Shown in pieces: positions 1 through 6,991 of a DNA stretch of 10,004 bases. Numbering within the stretch: the first letter of the stretch is position 1; each line of letters starts with the position of its first letter. The position numbers were made by a program, and so were the translations under genes. The stretch spans positions 1 through 10,004 of the forward strand of contig JANPJS010000297.1 of assembly GCA_031425655.1 (NCBI GenBank), given 5' to 3'. The DNA comes from Abditibacteriaceae bacterium. GTDB lineage: Bacteria > Armatimonadota > Abditibacteriia > Abditibacteriales > Abditibacteriaceae. Under the pieces are notes generated by a model. It saw only the letters and a list, made by a program, of their open reading frames with translations. It ran no database searches and was not told the DNA's origin.

Positions 1-169
1 AACACGATGAGCCTGCCGTCGCGCGAGATGTGGGGCTGATCGTCCACGGCAGGATTGTTAGTCAGACGCACAGGGTTGGTGCCGTCGGATTTCATGGTGT
101 AAATCTCATTGTTGCCGTCGCGCGACGAACTGAACGCGATAATACCCGTCAACGGGCCGGGCGGAGGCA
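1..169. repeat. Direct repeat copy 1 (TolB/PD40 constant module; probably continues beyond the window)
   Basis: 1-169 matches 2901-3069 at 167/169 nt. Both mismatches (108, 135) are synonymous. Confidence 0.97.
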
Positions 170-1454
170 AAGTGAAGATTACTGTGGTGACCGGAGCGCC
201 CGTCACCGTGCCTGCACCCGTGGCAGAAACGCTATAAGTTTGGTTCACGATGTTGCCGGAGGTCGCAGTGACTCTAACCGTCAGCGTCACCGTAATCTCC
301 GTCTGCGGAGCGATGTCGGGCAGACTCATGGTAAAAACGCCGTTGTTCACGACCGGGTTGGTGCCGCCGGTGGCTGAAACGAAAGTGGTGCCCGTGGGAA
401 TGGTATCGCTCAAAACCACGTTGGTCGCCGGGCCGTTGCCGCTGTTACGAATCGTGAAGGTGTAGACCAGATTGGTGCCGGAGTTGACTATCGCCGGAGC
501 TGTCTTAGTTACGCTCAGGCCGGGGGCGGCGATGGCGTCGAATTGGGTCGTAACGTATTGGCTAAAAGTCTTCGAGGCGCCCGCCGCTAAATCCATCGGC
601 GTGTCAAAACCCCAGTGATAGGTAACGGCACTGTCGGAACCACTGCCGGTATTGGTGAAATCCCACGCCGCAGAAACACTCGCGCCCCAACTGCAATACC
701 GAACCTGATCGGGCGTGGTTGGAGCCGGAGTCAGCGGCAGATCACGCACCGAGCCGAAGATGCTGAAAGTGGGATTAGCTGGATCGTCTACTTCCTCATA
801 AAGCTTGAACTGCGGCGGGCTGTAGGTCTGGAAAACACTGGTGAATGCACTATCCGGCAGGCGAGTCCGAAAAAGCGAAGAGTCCCGACCGGCAATTTGC
901 CAGTCCCACATATAACGCAGACCAAACTGCCGGGCCGCGTTGCTGGTATTTGTGACCTTCACCGAATCCCGCACACTGGAATCGTTCAAGGTGGTGCCGT
1001 TAATCACTATGTCTTGTTCAACCGTCCAATTCTCCAACGTAAAGGTTGTGCGAAACCCGGTAGTTCCCAGCGCCACAGTGGTGGTAGAAGCGTTATTCAG
1101 CGCTCCTAATGTGTAACCCGCCAAACCGGGCGTGGAAGCAAAACCATTACTGAACATGATCTTATCCACTGCATCGCGGAGCGTGGTGTAACTGGTGCCG
1201 ACTGAGAAAAAGATAGTCTCATTAGGCTGAGGATGTTGCGCACCCGTCCCGATTGAGAACTCGCCGCTGGTAGACTCAACCTCAATGGTTAAGATTCCAT
1301 TAGTTGCCGTCAGCAAGGCGGCGGTATCAATACCGTTTCGTAGCCGTGCCTCTGCGACCATTTTGGCTTTTGACGCCGCGTCCTGTCCCCACGCCGTAAC
1401 GGAAAACGTCAACAGCAGGGCCACGGACAGCAATAATTTCTTGGTTCCAAACAT
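1..1454 (-). CDS. Secreted modular protein, 3'-truncated by the window edge: signal peptide + unknown beta-rich domain + DUF11-like Ig domain + start of TolB/PD40 beta-propeller
   Basis: Not in the ORF track because its stop lies outside the window. Hand translation from ATG at 1454, with SD-like GGAGGAA just upstream, is open for 484 codons. It begins [25 protein letters not shown] (Sec signal peptide). A DUF11-type segment [41 protein letters not shown] spans ~175-520. It then reads [24 protein letters not shown]...[11 protein letters not shown], identical to the neighbouring protein. Confidence 0.92.
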   Translation of the reverse strand, partial: MFGTKKLLLSVALLLTFSVTAWGQDAASKAKMVAEARLRNGIDTAALLTATNGILTIEVESTSGEFSIGTGAQHPQPNETIFFSVGTSYTTLRDAVDKIMFSNGFASTPGLAGYTLGALNNASTTTVALGTTGFRTTFTLENWTVEQDIVINGTTLNDSSVRDSVKVTNTSNAARQFGLRYMWDWQIAGRDSSLFRTRLPDSAFTSVFQTYSPPQFKLYEEVDDPANPTFSIFGSVRDLPLTPAPTTPDQVRYCSWGASVSAAWDFTNTGSGSDSAVTYHWGFDTPMDLAAGASKTFSQYVTTQFDAIAAPGLSVTKTAPAIVNSGTNLVYTFTIRNSGNGPATNVVLSDTIPTGTTFVSATGGTNPVVNNGVFTMSLPDIAPQTEITVTLTVRVTATSGNIVNQTYSVSATGAGTVTGAPVTTVIFTLPPPGPLTGIIAFSSSRDGNNEIYTMKSDGTNPVRLTNNPAVDDQPHISRDGRLIV

Positions 1455-1693
1455 TACTTTCCTCCAAATAATGCGTCATTCCCCTTCCGCTCGAAAAAGC
1501 TCCGATTTGGGTGCTGACGCCTATCAACTTCGATAATTTTCCAAAACGTTCAAGGCCCGTTGGACATCCTATGCTATCACACGTTGCGCTTTTGTGAATC
1601 GTCGCAGCACGATTGCAGCAGGCCGCTAAAGAACAAGCGCCGGCCAACGTTTTCCGACACCGTTGGCAGCACAACCCACCGGGCATCTGATTT

Positions 1694-1723
1694 ATTTTGA
1701 CACAAATACGGTGTGCCGGTCAA
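1694..1723 (-). promoter_or_regulatory. Possible sigma70-type promoter for the 1..1454 gene
   Basis: TTGACC-N18-CAAAAT on the minus strand, in an intergenic region downstream of a terminator. The match is imperfect. Confidence 0.25.
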
Positions 1724-1754
1724 CAGATATATGGCCGCGTTTCGCAGGCGTTTT

Positions 1755-1841
1755 TCACTAAATCAGGCCCAATTCGCGCATCTTCGCCAGACTGTCGGGG
1801 CCGTGCGCACTTACGCGCGACTGCACGTTCTTGTCAATTAA
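1755..1841 (-). pseudogene. Displaced or duplicated 3' end fragment of the peroxiredoxin gene (direct repeat of 4851-4934)
   Basis: 1755-1807 matches 4851-4903 at 52/53 nt, and 1808-1838 matches 4904-4934 at 21/31. It translates LIDKNVQSRVSAHGPDSLAKMRELGLI** versus YIDKDVQARVTSHGPDSLAKMRELGLIQ* in the intact gene. No start codon or 5' part is present. Confidence 0.9.
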
Positions 1842-1860
1842 GACCCAATTACAGCCAAGC

Positions 1861-1899
1861 AAAAGGGCCGGAGCAAATGCTCCGGCCCTTTTCTTTTTT
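1861..1899. terminator. Rho-independent terminator, probably bidirectional, after the 902-aa gene
   Basis: Perfect 15-bp inverted repeat AAAAGGGCCGGAGCA-aa-TGCTCCGGCCCTTTT (1861-1892) with T-runs on both strands, 14 nt after the stop codon at 1907-1909. Confidence 0.9.
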
Positions 1900-1906
1900 G
1901 CTGGAA

Positions 1907-4615
1907 TTACGGCACATTCGTCGCAAGCGCGCCATTATGGCCGTCAAAGCTGACGCTGACGGTCGCGCCCGCAGGCAACGCGCCGTCGGGCAACGCGAGA
2001 TTGACGCTGTTGCCTTGCACCGTCACGCTTTGCACCACAACCGCTTTGCCGTTCACGCTGACCGTGAACTTCAAAGCGGCGGCGTTTTGCGGCGCCGTTT
2101 CGGCAAAGGTCAACGTCAAAATCGAACTTGATTCGTTGGCGCTTAGCTCTGCCGCCGGCATTACGCTGGCCGCAGCGACACTGGCCGCAGCGACACTGGC
2201 CGCGGCTCCATCGCTTATGCCGCCCGTCGTCGCGGTTCTGGCCCACGAAGGGCCGCTGTCGTCATTGAGATTTCGGGTCAGGGCTTGCGCTCCCGACACT
2301 TGTTCGCCCGCAAGCGTAGCCAATGCGATTTCGTTGTCGCCGCTGTCTGTCGCACCGCGCGTGGTGGTGAAAGCGAGGCGAGTGCCATCAGGACTGAAGC
2401 ACGGCAACGCGTCGTTTAAAGCATGGAACGAGATGCGCTTCTGACCGGTGCCATCGGCGTTCATCAGATAAATTTCGTTTTGCCCACGAACGCGATTGCT
2501 TTGAAAAACGATGCGCGAGCCGTCGGGACTGTAGTTCGGATTGGTGTCCGTGCCTGCGATGTTGGTCAGGCGCCTCACTGCCGTGCCATCGGCGTTCATG
2601 CGATAAATCTCATGATTGCTCAGGCGATACGAGTGAAACACGATCTGCGTGCCGTTCGCGTTGAAGCTGGGATGGTCGTCCGCACCGTCGTTGCTCGTCA
2701 GACGAGTTTGACCGGTGCCGCCAGCGTTCATGATGTAGATTTCGGGATTGCCGTTGCGCACCGAGGTAAAGACGATTTTGGTGCCGTCCGGCGAAAACTG
2801 CGGCTGATAATCGTCGTAGCCGTTGCTGGTCAGACGCCTGAGGTTGGTGCCGGTGATGCTCATCACGTAAATCTCGCGCTGAAAATCGCGCAGCGAGGAA
2901 AACACGATGAGCCTGCCGTCGCGCGAGATGTGGGGCTGATCGTCCACGGCAGGATTGTTAGTCAGACGCACAGGGTTGGTGCCGTCGGATTTCATGGTGT
3001 AAATCTCGTTGTTGCCGTCGCGCGACGAACTGAATGCGATAATACCCGTCAACGGGCCGGGCGGAGGCAGATCGTCGTTGGTGATGGTGCCTGCGCCCTG
3101 GGCATCAGCAAGGGTAGCGCCGACCGGAGCGGTTAGGTTTACGAAAAACTGCTCGTTGGCTTCAAAGGTGGTATCACCGTTGACGACGACGGTAACGGAT
3201 TGGGTGGTTTGGCCGGCGGCGAAATTCACAGTGCCGGTTTCGGCGATATAATCGGTGCCTGCCGTAGCCGTGCCGTTGGCAGTCGCATATTGAACGCCGG
3301 CGGCAGTCGAAGTAGTTCCACTGCGCGTGACTGTAAAGGTCGCGGTAACCGTGCCGCTGTCGCCTTCAGTCACCGTCACATCGTTGATGCTGAGCGTGGG
3401 CGGAGTGATGGTCACATTCGTCGTGCAAGTAGTCGCCACGTTACCGTCATCTACCTTGATCATGACCTGATGCGGCCCCGGCGTAAAAGTATTGGTAAAC
3501 GTCAGAGTCGCTGAGGTTGTCGGGGCGTTGGCCGGCACCTGATCGGTCTTAACAACGACGCCATCCACACTCCAGGTTACCGTCAGCGCCTCGCCGTCGG
3601 CATCTGCCACCTGAGTTGTCAGAGTTACCGGGTTAGTGGCATTGGTAATGTCCGGCATACAGGTGACTGTAGGCGGCGTATTGGCGGTAAAGCTGCCGCC
3701 CGCGAGGAAAACGTTGGAATCAAGAGACGAATCTTGCGCATCGGCAATCGCCATCTTGATGTGGTTGGTTACGTTGGGGTTTACGGCTGCCACCACGTTC
3801 AAAACCACTGTCAAGCCGTCCATTTCTGTGCAAATCGAACCGCCTCCATCGTCCAAGTCATTGTTGCGGTAAAACTGCGGGTTCTTGGGATTAGTGCCGA
3901 AGGGATTGCCGTTGTTGACGTTGTTGATGGACACCACATTGGTAGTGGTTGTCGTGCTGGGAAGTAAAGCCACGTTAACGCCATTGACAAAGAACCCAAA
4001 AACGTCGTTAAACGAAGCGTTTACAAACTCATTGTATTCATCGGAGCCGAACACATATTGGAAGGAAACGGTGGATTTATTGGGCACGAAGTCGAACTCT
4101 AAAAGGGTGGCATCTTTAGTTTTCGAGGTGGTCAAAGTATCCAGGTCAACATCGCCGGGCAGAGCGTTCACTCCTGTTATACCATCGTCCACATTAGGGC
4201 CTTCAGCGTTCTTAATAGAACCGCTGCTCAGTATAATTCCAGTATCGAAGCCAATATCAGCTCCTCCGGTGAAGGTGCCGGCTGATTTGACTGTGCCGAC
4301 AAACGTAGCATTGCTAAAGGTGACACCCACGCCTAAAATGGCACGCACCAAATCGTCGGGACTGCCGTTTCCGGCCACGTTATCCACAGTTGTGCTCGTA
4401 AGATCGGTTGTGGTCAGCGTGCAGGGTTCCGCAGGCGCACTGCCGGATCGCGCGATCCGGGCCTTCGCAACCGCGTCTGCGTGCGATACATTGCCCGTGG
4501 GGCGCGCGGGATATGCGCCGGCCCCAGTCGAATTGAACAAACCAATACTCAGAAACAAGCTCAGGGCGCACGCGATGCGGGGCGACAAGAGCGAAAACAT
4601 ACGATTTTGCATCAT
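1907..4615 (-). CDS. Secreted modular protein: signal peptide + choice-of-anchor L-type domain + Ig/PKD-like + Calx-beta + TolB/PD40 beta-propeller + small C-terminal beta-rich domain (902 aa)
   Basis: SD-like AGGAG before the ATG and a hydrophobic N-terminus. GIILSSG...LEFDFVP...FQYVFGSDEYNEFV...FNDVFGFFVNG is typical of the choice-of-anchor L domain. LSINDVTVTEGDSG...YATANGTATAGTDY...VNFAAGQT...TFEANEQFFVNL is Calx-beta. About six P-x-F-S-P-D-G-x-x-I-V-F...EIY-x-M-N-A-D-G repeats follow. Confidence 0.95.
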   Translation of the reverse strand: MMQNRMFSLLSPRIACALSLFLSIGLFNSTGAGAYPARPTGNVSHADAVAKARIARSGSAPAEPCTLTTTDLTSTTVDNVAGNGSPDDLVRAILGVGVTFSNATFVGTVKSAGTFTGGADIGFDTGIILSSGSIKNAEGPNVDDGITGVNALPGDVDLDTLTTSKTKDATLLEFDFVPNKSTVSFQYVFGSDEYNEFVNASFNDVFGFFVNGVNVALLPSTTTTTNVVSINNVNNGNPFGTNPKNPQFYRNNDLDDGGGSICTEMDGLTVVLNVVAAVNPNVTNHIKMAIADAQDSSLDSNVFLAGGSFTANTPPTVTCMPDITNATNPVTLTTQVADADGEALTVTWSVDGVVVKTDQVPANAPTTSATLTFTNTFTPGPHQVMIKVDDGNVATTCTTNVTITPPTLSINDVTVTEGDSGTVTATFTVTRSGTTSTAAGVQYATANGTATAGTDYIAETGTVNFAAGQTTQSVTVVVNGDTTFEANEQFFVNLTAPVGATLADAQGAGTITNDDLPPPGPLTGIIAFSSSRDGNNEIYTMKSDGTNPVRLTNNPAVDDQPHISRDGRLIVFSSLRDFQREIYVMSITGTNLRRLTSNGYDDYQPQFSPDGTKIVFTSVRNGNPEIYIMNAGGTGQTRLTSNDGADDHPSFNANGTQIVFHSYRLSNHEIYRMNADGTAVRRLTNIAGTDTNPNYSPDGSRIVFQSNRVRGQNEIYLMNADGTGQKRISFHALNDALPCFSPDGTRLAFTTTRGATDSGDNEIALATLAGEQVSGAQALTRNLNDDSGPSWARTATTGGISDGAAASVAAASVAAASVMPAAELSANESSSILTLTFAETAPQNAAALKFTVSVNGKAVVVQSVTVQGNSVNLALPDGALPAGATVSVSFDGHNGALATNVP
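2166..2206. repeat. 15-bp tandem repeat (~2.7 copies) encoding AAASV x3
   Basis: CTGGCCGCAGCGACA at 2166-2180 and 2181-2195, with a partial copy at 2196-2206. It is in frame in a linker. Confidence 0.9.
2901..3069. repeat. Direct repeat copy 2 (TolB/PD40 constant module)
   Basis: 167/169 nt identical to 1-169. Identity ends abruptly at the Leu codon of LPPPGP. Confidence 0.97.
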
Positions 4616-4707
4616 GAATCTCCTAAAATCTTAAAAACAGCACAGGCAACTCTGCGAAATTCCATAGCCTCATGGCTGCTTTTCACACGCGATTTCATCT
4701 TAAAAAG

Positions 4708-4744
4708 CCTGAAAAAATCGTATTTTCTGCTTCAGGTTAGACAA
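4708..4744 (-). promoter_or_regulatory. Possible sigma70-type promoter with overlapping inverted repeat upstream of the 902-aa gene
   Basis: TTGTCT-N16-TACGAT (4744-4717) on the minus strand. The inverted repeat CCTGAA...TTCAGG (4708-4713 / 4731-4736) overlaps it. Confidence 0.3.
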
Positions 4745-4850
4745 GATCATCGTCTTGGGTGCTTTGGAAAAGATAGACACAATTAGGTTGCGCTAAAGTT
4801 CCGTTGAAACCCGATTAATTCCAATAAATTCGCGCTCTAAACGGTCGCGC

Positions 4851-5921
4851 TCACTGAATCAGGCCCAATTCGCGCATCTTCGCCAGACTGTCGGGGCCGT
4901 GCGAGGTGACCCGCGCCTGCACGTCTTTATCTATGTAGCGCAGTATGCCCTCTTTGTCAATTAAAAAAGTCCAGCGTTGCGCGACTTGCTCGATGTGTTC
5001 GACCGTGCCGTAAAGCAGGCACACATTGCGGCCTGTATCGGGGATCAAGGGAAAATCCAGCGCCAGCGCGGCGGCAAAAGCGATTTGGCCGCGATCCTGG
5101 CCGCCGGCATCTACATTACGCGCCGGATCAATGGAAACGGCCCAGATTTGGGTTTCGGCATCTTCAAAGGCGTCTCGCTCTGCACGGAGCGAGCTAAGTT
5201 GATTCGCTCAGCCACCGGTGAAGCACTTGGGGAAAAAGCTGAGCAGCAGGTTTTTCTGGCCGCGCAAATCGGCCAGACGCCGCACATGATTGTTCATGTC
5301 GGCGATAGCGAAATCCGGCGCCCGCTTGCCGACTATAACAAGCGGCGTCGGGTCGCCGATTTTCAGCATCAGCGGCGCTACGTCGGCGATGTCGCGCACC
5401 GACTCGACGCGGCGCAGAAAACCCGCGCGATCAATCGCCACAACCGTCACCGCCGTCTGGCTGACGTTGAAAAGTTTCGCCATCGCGCCGTCGGCATCAC
5501 GCAAGCCAAGTAAGGCCAAATCGGCATTGAGGGCGCCGATGTCAATGCCGATGGCTTTGGAAATCAGCGCCGTGACAACGCCAGCTTTTTTAAGCTGCTC
5601 GGCGGCTTCCATCATTGCCAAAAGCGCTTGTTGGGGCGTGGCGCGCTCGCTGACCAAAATCGGAGCATCGCCGGTGAGAACTAAAACAACGGGGCTTTTA
5701 CCGCGCTGATCGCGCAGGCTCCACAGCTTTTTATCGGCGCCGGGAAACGCGAACTGCGGCGCGAGGTCGGCAATGCGCGGTTCGGCGTTGAGAATCGGCT
5801 TAATGCCTTCGACGGGCGCTTCGAGCGGCGCAGCAGGCGCCGTTTCGGCGGCGTGCGCGAGGCTCAAAAACCCGCCCGCCGCCGCGCCGGCTGCCGAAGA
5901 AAGGAAAACTCTGCGTTTCAT
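4851..5921 (-). CDS. Tat-signal, two-domain peroxiredoxin-like (AhpC/TSA, BCP/PrxQ-type) selenoprotein, ~356 aa; UGA at 5208-5210 read as Sec
   Basis: ORF-track pieces 5208..5930 and 4851..5048 are in the same frame, and the segment between them is open. It reads FFPKCFTGG-U-ANQLSSLRAERDAFEDAETQIWAVSIDP...LDFPLIPDTGRNVCLLYG...RWTFLIDKEGILRY. The TGA sits exactly at the Cys of the Prx PxxxTxxC motif and the conserved Arg (RWTFLID) is present. The N-terminus MKRRVFL...AHA is a twin-arginine signal. An alternative GTG start at 5930 overlaps the upstream stop. Confidence 0.88.
5174..5193 (-). promoter_or_regulatory. Putative bacterial SECIS hairpin
   Basis: The mRNA reads UGA + 14 nt + CUCGCUC-CGUGCA-GAGCGAG. 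This is a perfect 7-bp stem with a 6-nt loop that has G at position 2 and begins after 21 nt following the UGA, consistent with the general bacterial SECIS model. Confidence 0.75.
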
Positions 5922-5926
5922 TAAAA

Positions 5927-6529
5927 TCACCGCTTCTCGTCGTGGAAACTATCGGTATCCACCTGTAACCCGTTGACATTGGTGATGCTCAGCGCATGAT
6001 CGAGATGCACGTCGAACGTAAAGGGGAAACTATCGCTCCAATCGTCCTCATCCTCTACCGAATCGAAGAATATTGTGACACCTACAAGGCCGTCACCCCG
6101 CACCCGGATACCGTCCGTTGTGATCTCTACTGCGTCAACAGTAACCTCGCTCACTTCTTGCGCCACGGTTTTCGAGGCTAAATTATTTAATTCCGCAGGT
6201 GGGCTGTGAATCAATTCGCTCAATAACGCCTCGCTTAGTCCTGCGATGGAAACGCTGACTTCGTGTGGCGGACTGACTATGACTAAACGAAATTCATCGT
6301 ATCCTTCGGACAACGCTTTTTCACGGAGACGCCGCACATGCCCCAGATTTTCCGACAAATGGGCTTTTGCTTTAATTTCAAAAGCAATTTTGCGATTGTG
6401 CTTCGTAGCAACCAGATCATAGCGCGCTGTTCCCATTTCCGATTCTACGACGACTTCGTAGCCCTGCGCCCTCAGTTGGCCTGCTAATTCTTCCGCCTTC
6501 GCCGCTTCCAAATACTGTGTGGCTGTCAT
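5927..6529 (-). CDS. PD-(D/E)XK-fold nuclease domain fused to an acidic C-terminal domain resembling predicted pPIWI-associating nuclease domains (200 aa)
   Basis: The N-terminal E...LRAQGYEV...RYDLVA...IAFEIK matches the Hjc/Mrr-like D...ExK motif. The C-terminal ELNNLAS...V-x-G-x-G-x-V-x-V...SDSFPFTF recalls pP_pnuc-type domains (from memory, unverified). ATGA overlap with the upstream gene. Confidence 0.75.
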   Translation of the reverse strand: MTATQYLEAAKAEELAGQLRAQGYEVVVESEMGTARYDLVATKHNRKIAFEIKAKAHLSENLGHVRRLREKALSEGYDEFRLVIVSPPHEVSVSIAGLSEALLSELIHSPPAELNNLASKTVAQEVSEVTVDAVEITTDGIRVRGDGLVGVTIFFDSVEDEDDWSDSFPFTFDVHLDHALSITNVNGLQVDTDSFHDEKR

Positions 6530-6975
6530 GAGCTGCCTTCCTCAATGGGACCAAAAGTCACTACTTGATGTGGCATGGCACCAATTTTAATATACAAAAT
6601 GTGGGGGTGATTATCGGCGATGAGTTGTTCCATTTCCTCATATTTCTGATTTGGAATTTGCGTTCGCGCGGAGGCGGACAAGGTATAGTCTCGAAAAACG
6701 TCAACTCGCTGCGCCAGACAGAGAACGATTTGCTCATCATCGTCGAAAACACGATTTTTGAACGCATCCAAGATGGGTTTTACAACATTGTCTATATCGC
6801 CTTGAGACTTGGCGTTGCGAAACCACACGACGCGAACGTAGAGCGTGCCTCGCAAAGGCGCTTCTTGCCATACGGCAGAGGCTTCGTGCTGAAGCGCTTG
6901 CTGAAAACTGCGCTTCGACTTTCCACTGCTCTGCGATGATACCGGGCGTAGCGCCGTCACCAAAATGAAAGTCAC
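6526..6975 (-). CDS. rusA: RusA-family crossover junction endodeoxyribonuclease-like protein (149 aa)
   Basis: GDIDNVVKPILDAF...FDDDEQIV is the RusA D-x-D-N-x-x-K-x-x-x-D...DD signature. The GTG start is 16 nt after the recJ stop. Confidence 0.85.
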   Translation of the reverse strand: MTFILVTALRPVSSQSSGKSKRSFQQALQHEASAVWQEAPLRGTLYVRVVWFRNAKSQGDIDNVVKPILDAFKNRVFDDDEQIVLCLAQRVDVFRDYTLSASARTQIPNQKYEEMEQLIADNHPHILYIKIGAMPHQVVTFGPIEEGSS

Positions 6976-6991
6976 TCTGGAATAACCCTTT

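Noticed and set aside
1327..1686. 119-aa Cys-rich minus-strand ORF
   Set aside because: It overlaps, out of frame, the start of the real 1..1454 gene and its leader, and its composition looks random.
2230..3040. Short recurring DNA motifs (e.g. GTGCCATCGGCGTTCAT) as a possible CRISPR or repeat array
   Set aside because: They are explained by PD40 propeller blades at ~44-codon spacing within an open frame.
1..3069. Diversity-generating retroelement TR/VR pair as an explanation of the 169-bp repeat
   Set aside because: There are only two mismatches, both synonymous. Both copies are coding, and no reverse transcriptase is present in the window.
1507..4794. Shared 8-9-mers (TTGGGTGCT, GTTGCGCT) in the two leader regions
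   Set aside because: They are short and differently spaced, so not distinguishable from chance without comparative data.
5208..5210. TGA as a nonsense mutation (pseudogene) or as Trp/Gly under genetic code 4/25
   Set aside because: It falls exactly on the catalytic Cys column and is followed by a SECIS-like hairpin. Several neighbouring genes end at TGA at sensible positions, and no other gene has an internal TGA.
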